Shown: positions 30,379 to 38,690 of the stretch, one piece after another
How positions within the stretch are numbered: position 1 is the first letter of the stretch
How the letters are laid out: each line of letters starts with the position of its first letter
Source: an uncultured Acidobacteriota bacterium
Lineage (GTDB): Bacteria; Acidobacteriota; Vicinamibacteria; Marinacidobacterales; SMYC01
Assembly (NCBI GenBank): GCA_963716925.1
Contig: CAVQUX010000006.1
Span: 445,388 to 509,387, forward strand
Direction of reading: 5' to 3'
Length of the DNA stretch: 64,000 nucleotides
Translations under genes and position numbers: made by a program
The notes under the pieces: generated by a model
Databases searched by the model: none
The model's input: only the letters and a program-made list of their open reading frames with translations
What the model was told of the DNA's origin: nothing

Positions 30379-31604
30379 GGCAGCACCCCCGCGGCGAGCT
30401 CGAAGTCGACGGCAGCGACAGCGAGCTCGAGCTCTCGCTCAATCGTCAAGACCCGCACCTCGAGCGCGTCCCGGCGCAGGAGGAAATACTCGAGAAGCCC
30501 GATTTCTCCCGCCTCGTAGCTCCGCGCGGCGAGAACCTCGTTGTCCGAGACGGACGGGAGCGCGCCAGCCGTCATCGCCTCAGCCGCGTCCGATCGTTCG
30601 CGGTAGACCTCGTATGCCGTCTGCAGCTCGGCCGCGACCGCAGTGCGAGCCCCCGCGAGCTCCAGCGCGAGGCGGCGGCCGCGCGCCTCAGCTTCTGCGC
30701 GACGGGCTTCGCCGGTCGCGGTCCAGGGAAGTGCCAGAATCCCCCCGAACCGGACGACGTCGCTCCCTTCCTCGCGCTCGTAGTCGACGCTCACCCCTAC
30801 GTCGAGGCGGCCTTCCGCACCGCCGAGGCGCTCCTCCGCCTCCGCCCCGCGAACCTCGGCGGCGAAGGCGCGGAGCTCGGGGCGCTCCGCCGCGCGGGCG
30901 AGGATCTCGTCCGCAACGAGTCGGCCGTGCTCCGAGAGGTCGCCTTCGAGGAGGATCGGGATCTCGCTCGCGATCGCGAGGAGAGATCGAAGACGCCCTT
31001 CCGCCGCGAGCTTCTCCGCCGAAGCCTCCGCGAGAGCAGCCCTCGTACGGGCCTCGGCGATCCGGGCGAGGTTGAGGTCGATGGCCCCGACGTCTCCGAG
31101 CTCGAACCGGCGTTCGGTGGCCCGCCGGAGCTCCGCCGCGTCGTTCAGAGTCTCGGTCGCGAGGGAGAGCCGGTCCCTTGCCGCGAGTCCGCGAAGGAAC
31201 GCCGAGCCGACGTCGCGCAGCTCCCGGCGGAGCGCGATCTCGCTCGCTGCGGTCTCGCGATCGATATCCGCCTCCGCCGAGGAAATGCGGGCGCCGCGGT
31301 GGCCGCCGACCTCGAAGAGCTGCTCGAAGCCGACGTCGACGTCCACGGTTCCGCTGTCCGGGCCGTCGCGCGGTCCCGCGGAAGCCGCTACCGCCGGCCG
31401 CGCCCGAAGACGCGCTGCGGCGCCGATACGCCGCGCCCGGGCTTCCTCGATCCGGGCGCGGGCCGCGAGGACCGAGGGCGCGCTCTCGCGCGCCCTTCGA
31501 AAAGCGGACTCGAGGGTCAGGATCTCCTGGGCTCCCCGGGTCGGCGCGGGCACCGCCACAGAGAGAAGAACCACCGCCAGAACGAAACACGATCTTCGGG
31601 ACAT
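30375..31604 (-). CDS. TolC-family outer-membrane efflux protein
   Basis: 409 aa with a signal peptide and two repeated Ala/Arg/Glu-rich helical halves. ATGA overlap with the adaptor gene. Confidence 0.8.
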   Translation of the reverse strand: MSRRSCFVLAVVLLSVAVPAPTRGAQEILTLESAFRRARESAPSVLAARARIEEARARRIGAAARLRARPAVAASAGPRDGPDSGTVDVDVGFEQLFEVGGHRGARISSAEADIDRETAASEIALRRELRDVGSAFLRGLAARDRLSLATETLNDAAELRRATERRFELGDVGAIDLNLARIAEARTRAALAEASAEKLAAEGRLRSLLAIASEIPILLEGDLSEHGRLVADEILARAAERPELRAFAAEVRGAEAEERLGGAEGRLDVGVSVDYEREEGSDVVRFGGILALPWTATGEARRAEAEARGRRLALELAGARTAVAAELQTAYEVYRERSDAAEAMTAGALPSVSDNEVLAARSYEAGEIGLLEYFLLRRDALEVRVLTIERELELAVAAVDFELAAGVLP

Positions 31605-31652
31605 AACACTCCTGTTTCTTCGTGCCGGCCGAGGCCGGCGGATTGCGAAGCG

Positions 31653-31955
31653 TCAGGAGAGTTTCGGTATGTGCAGGATTTCGCTCGGAAGAGGAGGAGG
31701 CAGGGACGGGTCACGCGCCACGCAAACGCCCGCGGGAAGGAGGAGCGCGCCCGGCAAAGGAGCGACAGCCGCTATCGTGAGTGGCTGGCGCAAGCAGCAG
31801 GCGCAGAGGAGACAGCCTCGCTCGCAGTCGTCGTCCTCACCGCCGCCCATCTCGTTCACGGCGGAAGCGCACTCGTCGGGAAGGAGAATCGCGTAGGCTC
31901 CTGAAGCACCCAACGTCGATGCGATCAGAACGAGCGCCGCCGCCGAGCGAGGCAT
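31653..31955 (-). CDS. small secreted Cys-rich protein (100 aa)
   Basis: Signal peptide MPRSAAALVLIASTLGASGAYA, followed by DECASAVNEMGGGEDDDCERGCLLCACCLRQ. Ends 48 nt upstream of the efflux operon on the same strand. Confidence 0.45.
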   Translation of the reverse strand: MPRSAAALVLIASTLGASGAYAILLPDECASAVNEMGGGEDDDCERGCLLCACCLRQPLTIAAVAPLPGALLLPAGVCVARDPSLPPPLPSEILHIPKLS

Positions 31956-32039
31956 GGGGTTATTCTAACGCACATGCGAGCGGCCTTTCCGCTCCTCCTC
32001 CTCGTCTCCGGATGCGCGCCGAGTTCGGTCGTAATGAAT

Positions 32040-32063
32040 CAGGCCGTTTCCATGACCGGCCTG
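32040..32063 (-). terminator. candidate stem-loop downstream of the tubulin-like paralogue
   Basis: CAGGCCG-N10-CGGCCTG (7-bp stem), 60 nt past the stop at 32123. The downstream tract is only weakly U-rich. Confidence 0.25.
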
Positions 32064-32122
32064 ACGTCCTCGCTGAACCCGAGAACTTCCAGCACTCCTG
32101 GCTCCCTCTTTTCCGGGAGGGC

Positions 32123-34216
32123 CTAGGCCTCCGGGCTCTCGTGCCGGTCGAGAGACGCGTACTGCCGCAGCGCGCGGAACGGGAGGTTGTACAGCTCCAT
32201 CAGCTGGAGCGCCTGGAACGGCAGGTTCTTGACCACGAACACGTCCGAGAGGTCGATGCCGTCCCTCTTGCGCGTCGTGCCGAGGGAGCTCGCGAGGGTC
32301 TCGTCCTTGTGGCAGAGGAACATCGCCTGGCGGTAGGCCGCCTGGGGATGCTCCTTGTACTTCATGTCGAAGATGGAGTTCACCTGGGCGTCGGCGATGT
32401 CCTGCAGAATCCTTACGACTTCTCGATAGTCGACCTTCATCTCCGAAACGACTTTCTCGATCGCCGGGCGGGCTTCGAGACGGATGGCTTCCATTAGACC
32501 CTTTTCGGCTTCGTCGAACGACAACGCCGGGTCGGGAAGCCACTTCTTGAAGAAAAAGCTCTCCATGACCTTCGATAGCGAGTCCTCGGAGGCGGTCTTC
32601 CGCACCTCCTCGATCTTCCGCTCGATCTCCTTGTCCAGCAGGCGCTGGCGAAAGACCTGGTTGAAGACGTAGAGGTAGAGCTCGCGCCGCCTCAGGTACG
32701 CGTCCCGCCTCTGGTGCAGATGGGCAAGAAGAGCGGGGCGCTTCTTCAGGAGATCCGCGAAGGTGTGGTGGATGCGGTCGTAGCTCTCGCGCAGACGGCT
32801 CTCCAAATTCGCCTCGCCCGCGAGCCCCTCGACCGCGCTCAAGGCGATCGACTTCTCCAGAATCTCCCGAATGCTGATCCTGGAGAAGACGTCCTTCACC
32901 TTCGCTTCGGTGTCGCTTCCCTTCTTCAGCTTGGCTCCGCGATCCGAGGCCACCTGTTTCAGCTCCGTCACCTTCGATTCGATGTCCGAGCGGATGCGCT
33001 TCCAGTCGGAAGTGAGCTGCTGCGCCGTGCCGCTCCGATGGTCGAGAAGCTGCTGGACTCGGAAGAACGCCTGAGTGAACAGGGAGTCGATTTCCGCGAG
33101 GTCGAGACCCGCGGCGCCCGCGGTGAGGGCGTCCCGGATCCGGTCGGGCACCTGAAGAATCATCTCGAGAGCGAGGTCCCGCACTCTCCCTGCGAAGCGG
33201 CTGCGCTCGTGGTCGAGCTGGGAGAGGAATCGCTGGAGGTAAGCGTCGGGCGGCGCCGACATCTCGATGTCGTACTTCGCGAGGACATCGATGGCGGCGA
33301 GGTCGAACCAGCGCTCGTTCTCGAGCGAGTGCCGCACGACCTCCTGGAGGAGCTGGGTGAGCTTCGCCGCATGGGCCCTGGCGAGAAGCGGTTCCACCAT
33401 CTTTTCGACCTTCCCCGGTGCCGGAGGACCCGAGGGGAAGAACTTCTCGCACAGGCGGATCATCAGCAGGTACTCCATCTCGTCCCGCACCATCTGCTGG
33501 ATGGAGGGAAGGAACGAGAGCGCCGTTCCCGAGATCGGAGCGAACCCCTGTCCCGCGGGAAAGCCCCGGTAGAACTCCTGTACGCCTTCGCTCGCGCTGA
33601 TGCGCTCCGGCAGGAGGACGAGATCGAAATAGACCTTGGTCGCCGCCGCCTGCCCCGAGACCTCCATATCGTCTTCGTCGAGGGACTCGCAGTAGCAGAA
33701 GACGACGTCTTCGAACGGAGGGCCGGAGATCGAGGGCAGGCTTCGCTTGAGGTCGGGGTAGCGCGGCTGGAAGGGCTCCTTGAGCGACGCATGGCTGTCG
33801 ATCTCCTCGAGCACCTTCCGCGTCGCTGGCAGCCACGCGTAGGCGCTCTCGGGAATAATCGTGGGAAAGGCGGTCAGCACCTTGATGCGCGGGCTCAGGA
33901 TGATGTTCTCGCGAAAGAAGCTCTTGAAGAGATAGCCGAGGTGCATCAGGTTCGAAGCCATGTGCTCCTCGACGAGAAGGCCCACCAGGTAGACGGTCAA
34001 AGGGGTGTTGGCGAAGTTGAAGACTTCGCGGTTGAGGAGCCCGAGGAGCCGCTCCCGATACGGGAGGTACGACTCAGCCACCGGTTTTCCCCCATCGATC
34101 TCGAGCTGGTGGTAGACGATGTTCCTCTCGATGGGGAGCGCCTTGACGCGCTCGATGACCGAGCTTCCGAACCCGCCCAGGCCGACGACCAGGTACTGGC
34201 TCAGAGACTGATCCAT
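32123..34216 (-). CDS. tubulin-like paralogue lacking the GTP-binding signature loop
   Basis: ATG 34216 overlaps the upstream stop (ATGGATCAGTCTCTGA); 697 aa. The N-terminus YLVVGLGGFGSSVIERV aligns with VIVLGVGGTGMKTL of the upstream gene. At the signature-loop position it reads VYLVGLLVEEHMASNLMHLGYLF, so there is no GGTG. The C-terminal half is long, helical and charged. Confidence 0.7.
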   Translation of the reverse strand: MDQSLSQYLVVGLGGFGSSVIERVKALPIERNIVYHQLEIDGGKPVAESYLPYRERLLGLLNREVFNFANTPLTVYLVGLLVEEHMASNLMHLGYLFKSFFRENIILSPRIKVLTAFPTIIPESAYAWLPATRKVLEEIDSHASLKEPFQPRYPDLKRSLPSISGPPFEDVVFCYCESLDEDDMEVSGQAAATKVYFDLVLLPERISASEGVQEFYRGFPAGQGFAPISGTALSFLPSIQQMVRDEMEYLLMIRLCEKFFPSGPPAPGKVEKMVEPLLARAHAAKLTQLLQEVVRHSLENERWFDLAAIDVLAKYDIEMSAPPDAYLQRFLSQLDHERSRFAGRVRDLALEMILQVPDRIRDALTAGAAGLDLAEIDSLFTQAFFRVQQLLDHRSGTAQQLTSDWKRIRSDIESKVTELKQVASDRGAKLKKGSDTEAKVKDVFSRISIREILEKSIALSAVEGLAGEANLESRLRESYDRIHHTFADLLKKRPALLAHLHQRRDAYLRRRELYLYVFNQVFRQRLLDKEIERKIEEVRKTASEDSLSKVMESFFFKKWLPDPALSFDEAEKGLMEAIRLEARPAIEKVVSEMKVDYREVVRILQDIADAQVNSIFDMKYKEHPQAAYRQAMFLCHKDETLASSLGTTRKRDGIDLSDVFVVKNLPFQALQLMELYNLPFRALRQYASLDRHESPEA

Positions 34217-37163
34217 CGTCCCTCCGAGAGCGCCTGGCCGAGGTTGAAGATCCTCCGCTTCTCCTGATCGTCCAGAGCCGAGCTCTCCTTCTCGACGAAA
34301 GCCAGGACCTCCCGTCCGAGCTCGCGGGGGCTCTCCTTCCTCTCCCCGAGCCTTTTCGCCATCGAGTCGAACGCGGCGCGCACGGCGCCCGAGAGCTCCG
34401 CCTCGGGCGAGTGATAGTTGTCGAGGATCGAGCCGATGTCGGGTCCGAGCTTGCACGCTCGGGGGAAGGTTCAGCTTCAGATCGGCGTCGGCGCGGAACA
34501 GGAACGTCTCCTCCTGAGGGCTCCAGACGATCCAGCCGCTCGCGAACGAGAGATAGAAGTGGTCCTTGAGGCGTTCGAGCGTTTTGTTGGGAAGCGCCTC
34601 CTTCAGGTCGTAGAGCTTCGTCGGACCGAACATGTGGATCTTCTCGTGGCCGAGGAGGTGATTGCGGTAGATCCCCGCGGAGTCGCTGATGAGGTGGAGG
34701 AGGCTCGAGGCGGTGAACCCGTGGTAGAGGGACAGGAAGTGGATCTCGTGGCGCCCCGCCATGTGGCCGACGCTCGTCCCCTCCGGAAGCGACTCGAGAA
34801 TGGACCGCTTCAGGCAATTATCGTATTTGTCGCACTCCGCGTCCGATCGGACCGGGCAGCGGTTCAGGATCTGCTCGCAGGGCTTTCCGGTGTAGGTATT
34901 GGGGATGGCGATGAACCGCGCGGCGTTGTGCTGCTCCGAGAAGCCGTACTTCGAGGCGTCGACGGTGTCGAGCACCACGAACGGACGGGAGAAGTTGAGC
35001 CAGGTCTTGATCTGGGTGTTCATGTCCCCGAGCGCCGTCACCCGTTCGTCGAGGGAGGACTGGTCCATCACTGCGGAGAAGCGCTCCCCCACCGCCTGGA
35101 AGAGACGCCGGAAGCTCTCGTCCAGACTCAGCGTCTCCAGGCCGTCGAGGTCCGTACCCAGAACCTCCTCGGTGTGGATCTTCTTCCGGGCTTCGTCCCG
35201 CCCTCCCCGGCTTACCTTCACCTCCTGAATCACGGGCTCGACGTCGCGGTGGTAGTCGAACGCCACCTTGTAGAACTCGCCGTCGGCCACCGAGTGGCGG
35301 GTCTTCTCGATGTCCAGGATCCGCTCCTTCAGCTCCTTGAGGACCGCCACTTTCTTCAGATAGGACTCGCGCTCGCGAACCAGAGTCGCCTCGGCGCCGG
35401 TGCGTACGTCCGTCTCCGCGGCCGAGGGCTCGCCGCGAAGGACGAGGAGGGCGTTTCGGAGCACCACCGCCCTGCGCTTCTGGAGCCAGTAGTTCTCGAG
35501 GATCTCCCGGGTCTCGCCGATGAGCGCCGCCATGTTCTTCTTGACCGTCATGAGGCTGAAGAGGCTCTTGGAGGACGCCGTTTGCCGCAGCTTCAGGAAC
35601 TGGTTCTCGAGCGAGCTCTTCAGGCCCGGAAGCTGCTTCTCCGTCTGCTGGGCGAGCGTCTCGATCGCCTGGACGTCCTCGTGGACCTGGCGGTACAGGG
35701 CCTCGACGAAGAGGTGCACCTGGCGGACGCTCCCGCTCTGCGGCGGGATCGGCGAGCTTCTGGATCTCCGCCTCGAGGTGCGTGCGGAGGTCGCGAAGGA
35801 TGCTTCACCGCCTCTCGACGCGAGTCGGCTTCGAAGAGAGCCAGATCGGTGGTCGAGAAACGGGTGTCGTACTCCCGAAGGAGGGCTTCGTGGCTCTCCG
35901 GCGGCTCGCTCGCGAGGTCGATGTTGGCCACCGTCGAGCCGATGGTGTCCTGGATGTTGACCCTGCTGCCCGGTCGAGTCGGTGTAGAACGACAGGGTTT
36001 GCAGGATCTGCGGCGACTGGTTGCTGAAGTGAACCTTGTTGGCCGTGAGGAATGCATCCGAGGCCTTGTCCAGATCGCGCTCGGCGGCGGCGGTGACCAG
36101 CTCCTGCTCCACCACGTCGAGGGCCAGGTCGGCGGCGGCGAGCTGGACCGCTACCGACTTCGGGAAAGACCACCGAGTAGTAGCCGAAGGACGAGTAGCA
36201 GGTGGGCTTGTTGAGCATCCGGTTGACCCCGCGGATCTTGGGGTTCAGGTTGTTGTCGATGCTGTTGTAGTCCTGGGTCAGCTCTCCGCAGACCATGAGG
36301 TAGATGTAGCGGGCCATCATCTCGTAGACCTGGGAGGAGGAGATGTTCACCCGGCCGTTGCTGTTGTCGAACACGAAGACCCGGTCGAAGGGAGCGAAGC
36401 CGTAGCTCTCGCTCGCCTCCACGTAAGGATAGTCGGTCTTGAACGCGAGCCCGGGATCCATGTACACGTCCTTGTTCATGAAATGATCGAGCTCTTTCAT
36501 CGAAGCGTAGGCGTTCGAACGAATCCTCTCGGTGCCCTGGCTGATGTCGGAGAAGACGCTGGGAAGCGCGAGAAGGCCGCAGACCTTGGTGTTGAAGCGG
36601 TTCCACTTCCTCTTCCAGAGGTTGGTCAGGGTGTAGGCGACGTCCAGGAACATCCCCGCGCCCGTACCGCCGCAGACCGAAGTCACCACGAACACCAGAG
36701 GGTCGTCCACCTGATGGACCTCGAGCTTCTTCAGGAGCTTGGAGTCCACCATGCCGCGGAGGGGCTCGACGAGCTTCAGGAACTTCCCGAAGTTCCAGGC
36801 GAAGAGCAGCCGGCCGAGCGACTTGTATTGCTTGCATCCCGTCGAGAGGTCGGGGATGAAGTACTCGAGCTCGCGAGGGAACCAGCTCTTCGCCCGGTCG
36901 AGGTCGTCGTAGCCGACGTTTCCGGGGATCTCGAGCTTCAGATATTCGTTCGTGGGGTCGAGCGAGATCTCGGAGACGGGTATCGACGCGTCGGGCGATG
37001 CCGTGGGGCGGATGAGGTCGTCGGAGTCGATGCACAGAAGACGCAGTGCGGGGAGATCCCGCATTCCACCGGGCCGGTTGAGGGCGATCATCTTCTTGAG
37101 CTGGAGAAGGGTTTTCATCCCCGTTCCCCCGACTCCGAGAACGATAACGGGTGTTACTGGCAC
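34201..37163 (-). CDS. large tubulin/FtsZ-like GTPase domain protein (Tubulin_2-like; frame interrupted five times)
   Basis: GTG 37163 with GGAG 8 nt upstream. Motifs are VIVLGVGGTGMKT (T1-like), VVTSVCGGTGAGMFLDVA (compare the tubulin signature GGGTGSGM), LLALPSVF and VFVFDNSNG. A protein-like reading continues to TGA 34201 only if the frame is changed at about 36165, 35965, 35805, 35730 and 34465. The total is about 987 aa. Confidence 0.7.
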
Positions 37164-37174
37164 TGTGGTCGCTC

Positions 37175-38683
37175 CTAACGGAAATCCACCCCGCCCGGCG
37201 ACGTCGGCCTGGGCGCCGAGGGGACGGGCCGCGGCTTCACCGGAGTCGCCTTCTTCTGGAACCGCACGAACCGGACGATCTTTCGCCCGCCCTCCGCGGT
37301 GCTCACCTCCACGGCGTCGCCGAGGCTGTACTCCGGGAGGGTCGGGACGAGGTCCGGTTTCGACGAGACGAGCGCGAACGAATCGACCGACCTCCTCTCG
37401 AGTACCGCCACCTTTTGAGGCAGTCCCACGAGGCGAAATCGATCGGAGGCGCCTCCGCCCAGGCTCGAGTGGCCATGGATGCGGAAGGGGACGGGCCGCA
37501 TGGACGAAGCTTCGCCCTCGACCACCATGGTCACGGGAATGGGACGCCTGCGGTGGAAGACGAGCCCGAGGGCGCCGAAAGCGAGCGCCGCTCCCCCTCC
37601 TCCGAGCGCGAGCCCGTAGCGCTCCCAGAACGAGGGAACGTGGAACGTGAAGCTCGCCTGCGGTGGGTAGAACTTCACCGCGCTCGACTGGTCGAAGCTC
37701 ACGCTCGCTTCGAAGTCTCCCGAGGGGAAATCGGGCGGGAGCGCGACCCGGATGGCGAAGCTCCCCTCCTGGCGGGGCAGGAGCGCCCAGCGAGGCTCGC
37801 CGCCGAGGCTCGCGGTCGCCGACAGGGCTTCCTCACCGGTGCGAGCGGCGAGTCGCCTCAAGCCGGCCACCGTGACCCCCGCTACATGCACCTCACGTTC
37901 CTGCTCTGATGTCGACTGCAGGCGTACGTCGAGGGCCATCTCTTCACCCGGAAGACAGGGCTCGTCCGGGCCCGAGAGCCCCGCGAGGTTGATGGTGTCG
38001 TCCCAGAATCGCGAGAGGCCTTTCGCCAGCTCCTCGGAGTTGAACTCCTTCAGGAGGGTGTACCCGGCGCCGAGTGCCTCTCCCAGCTTTCGCGCGTCGG
38101 TGACCGTCCCGATTCCGACGACGTGAGTGCGGAATCCCTGCTCCGACAGTCTTTTCACCTGAGCGAGGAACTTCTCGCTGAAGTCGGAGGTCGGGGGAAG
38201 GCCCTTCCCCGTATCCCGCTTCACCGGCGCGAAGTAGGGGCTCTCCCGCGGGGGATGGTTCACGCCGTCGGTCAGGATCAGGACGACCTGCTGGTGCGAA
38301 GGATCGGAGAGGCGCTCGAGCTGCTTCAACGCCTCCTCGAGCGCCCGGCCCATGTCGGTATACCCCTGCGGCACGACGTTGAGAGTGCGGACGAGCTCCC
38401 CCAGGTTCTCTTTCTCCGCCTCCGACGACAGTCTCTGGCTCACGCGGATGCGGGCCTCGCTGCTGAAACCGACGACGCAGAGGTAGTCTCCGGGCTCGAG
38501 GTAATCCCGAACCAGCGCCTCGGAAACGAAGGTCGTGACTTTCGAGAAGATGGGCTTCATGCTGCCCGATTCGTCGAGCACCAGGAACACGTCCACGTTT
38601 CCCGCGCGCTCTCGAGCGCCGATAGCGAGCTCGGGGGCGAGCGCCAGGAGCGCGATTCCGAGAAGCAGTCTTCGTCCGATCAC
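37175..38683 (-). CDS. bitopic von Willebrand factor A domain protein
   Basis: An N-terminal hydrophobic segment, then MIDAS DESGSM and later LILTDG. A second TM (YGLALGGGGAALAFGALGLVF) is followed by HRRR and a C-terminal domain of about 110 aa. The start is either GTG 38683 (7 nt after the flotillin stop) or GTG 38728. Confidence 0.8.
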   Translation of the reverse strand: MIGRRLLLGIALLALAPELAIGARERAGNVDVFLVLDESGSMKPIFSKVTTFVSEALVRDYLEPGDYLCVVGFSSEARIRVSQRLSSEAEKENLGELVRTLNVVPQGYTDMGRALEEALKQLERLSDPSHQQVVLILTDGVNHPPRESPYFAPVKRDTGKGLPPTSDFSEKFLAQVKRLSEQGFRTHVVGIGTVTDARKLGEALGAGYTLLKEFNSEELAKGLSRFWDDTINLAGLSGPDEPCLPGEEMALDVRLQSTSEQEREVHVAGVTVAGLRRLAARTGEEALSATASLGGEPRWALLPRQEGSFAIRVALPPDFPSGDFEASVSFDQSSAVKFYPPQASFTFHVPSFWERYGLALGGGGAALAFGALGLVFHRRRPIPVTMVVEGEASSMRPVPFRIHGHSSLGGGASDRFRLVGLPQKVAVLERRSVDSFALVSSKPDLVPTLPEYSLGDAVEVSTAEGGRKIVRFVRFQKKATPVKPRPVPSAPRPTSPGGVDFR

Positions 38684-38690
38684 GAAAGTC

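Noticed and set aside
32123-36115. The 1330-aa track ORF read as one giant protein.
   Set aside because: It is a composite. Residues after the internal MDQSLSQYLVVGLGG are a separate gene whose ATG overlaps the true stop of the upstream gene in another frame. Two internal stretches are Arg/Ser/Pro/Gly-rich out-of-frame text (GQHPGHHRLDGG...SGSVRQ and SVQARTRHRLDP...GALGGT), while a neighbouring frame reads as normal protein.
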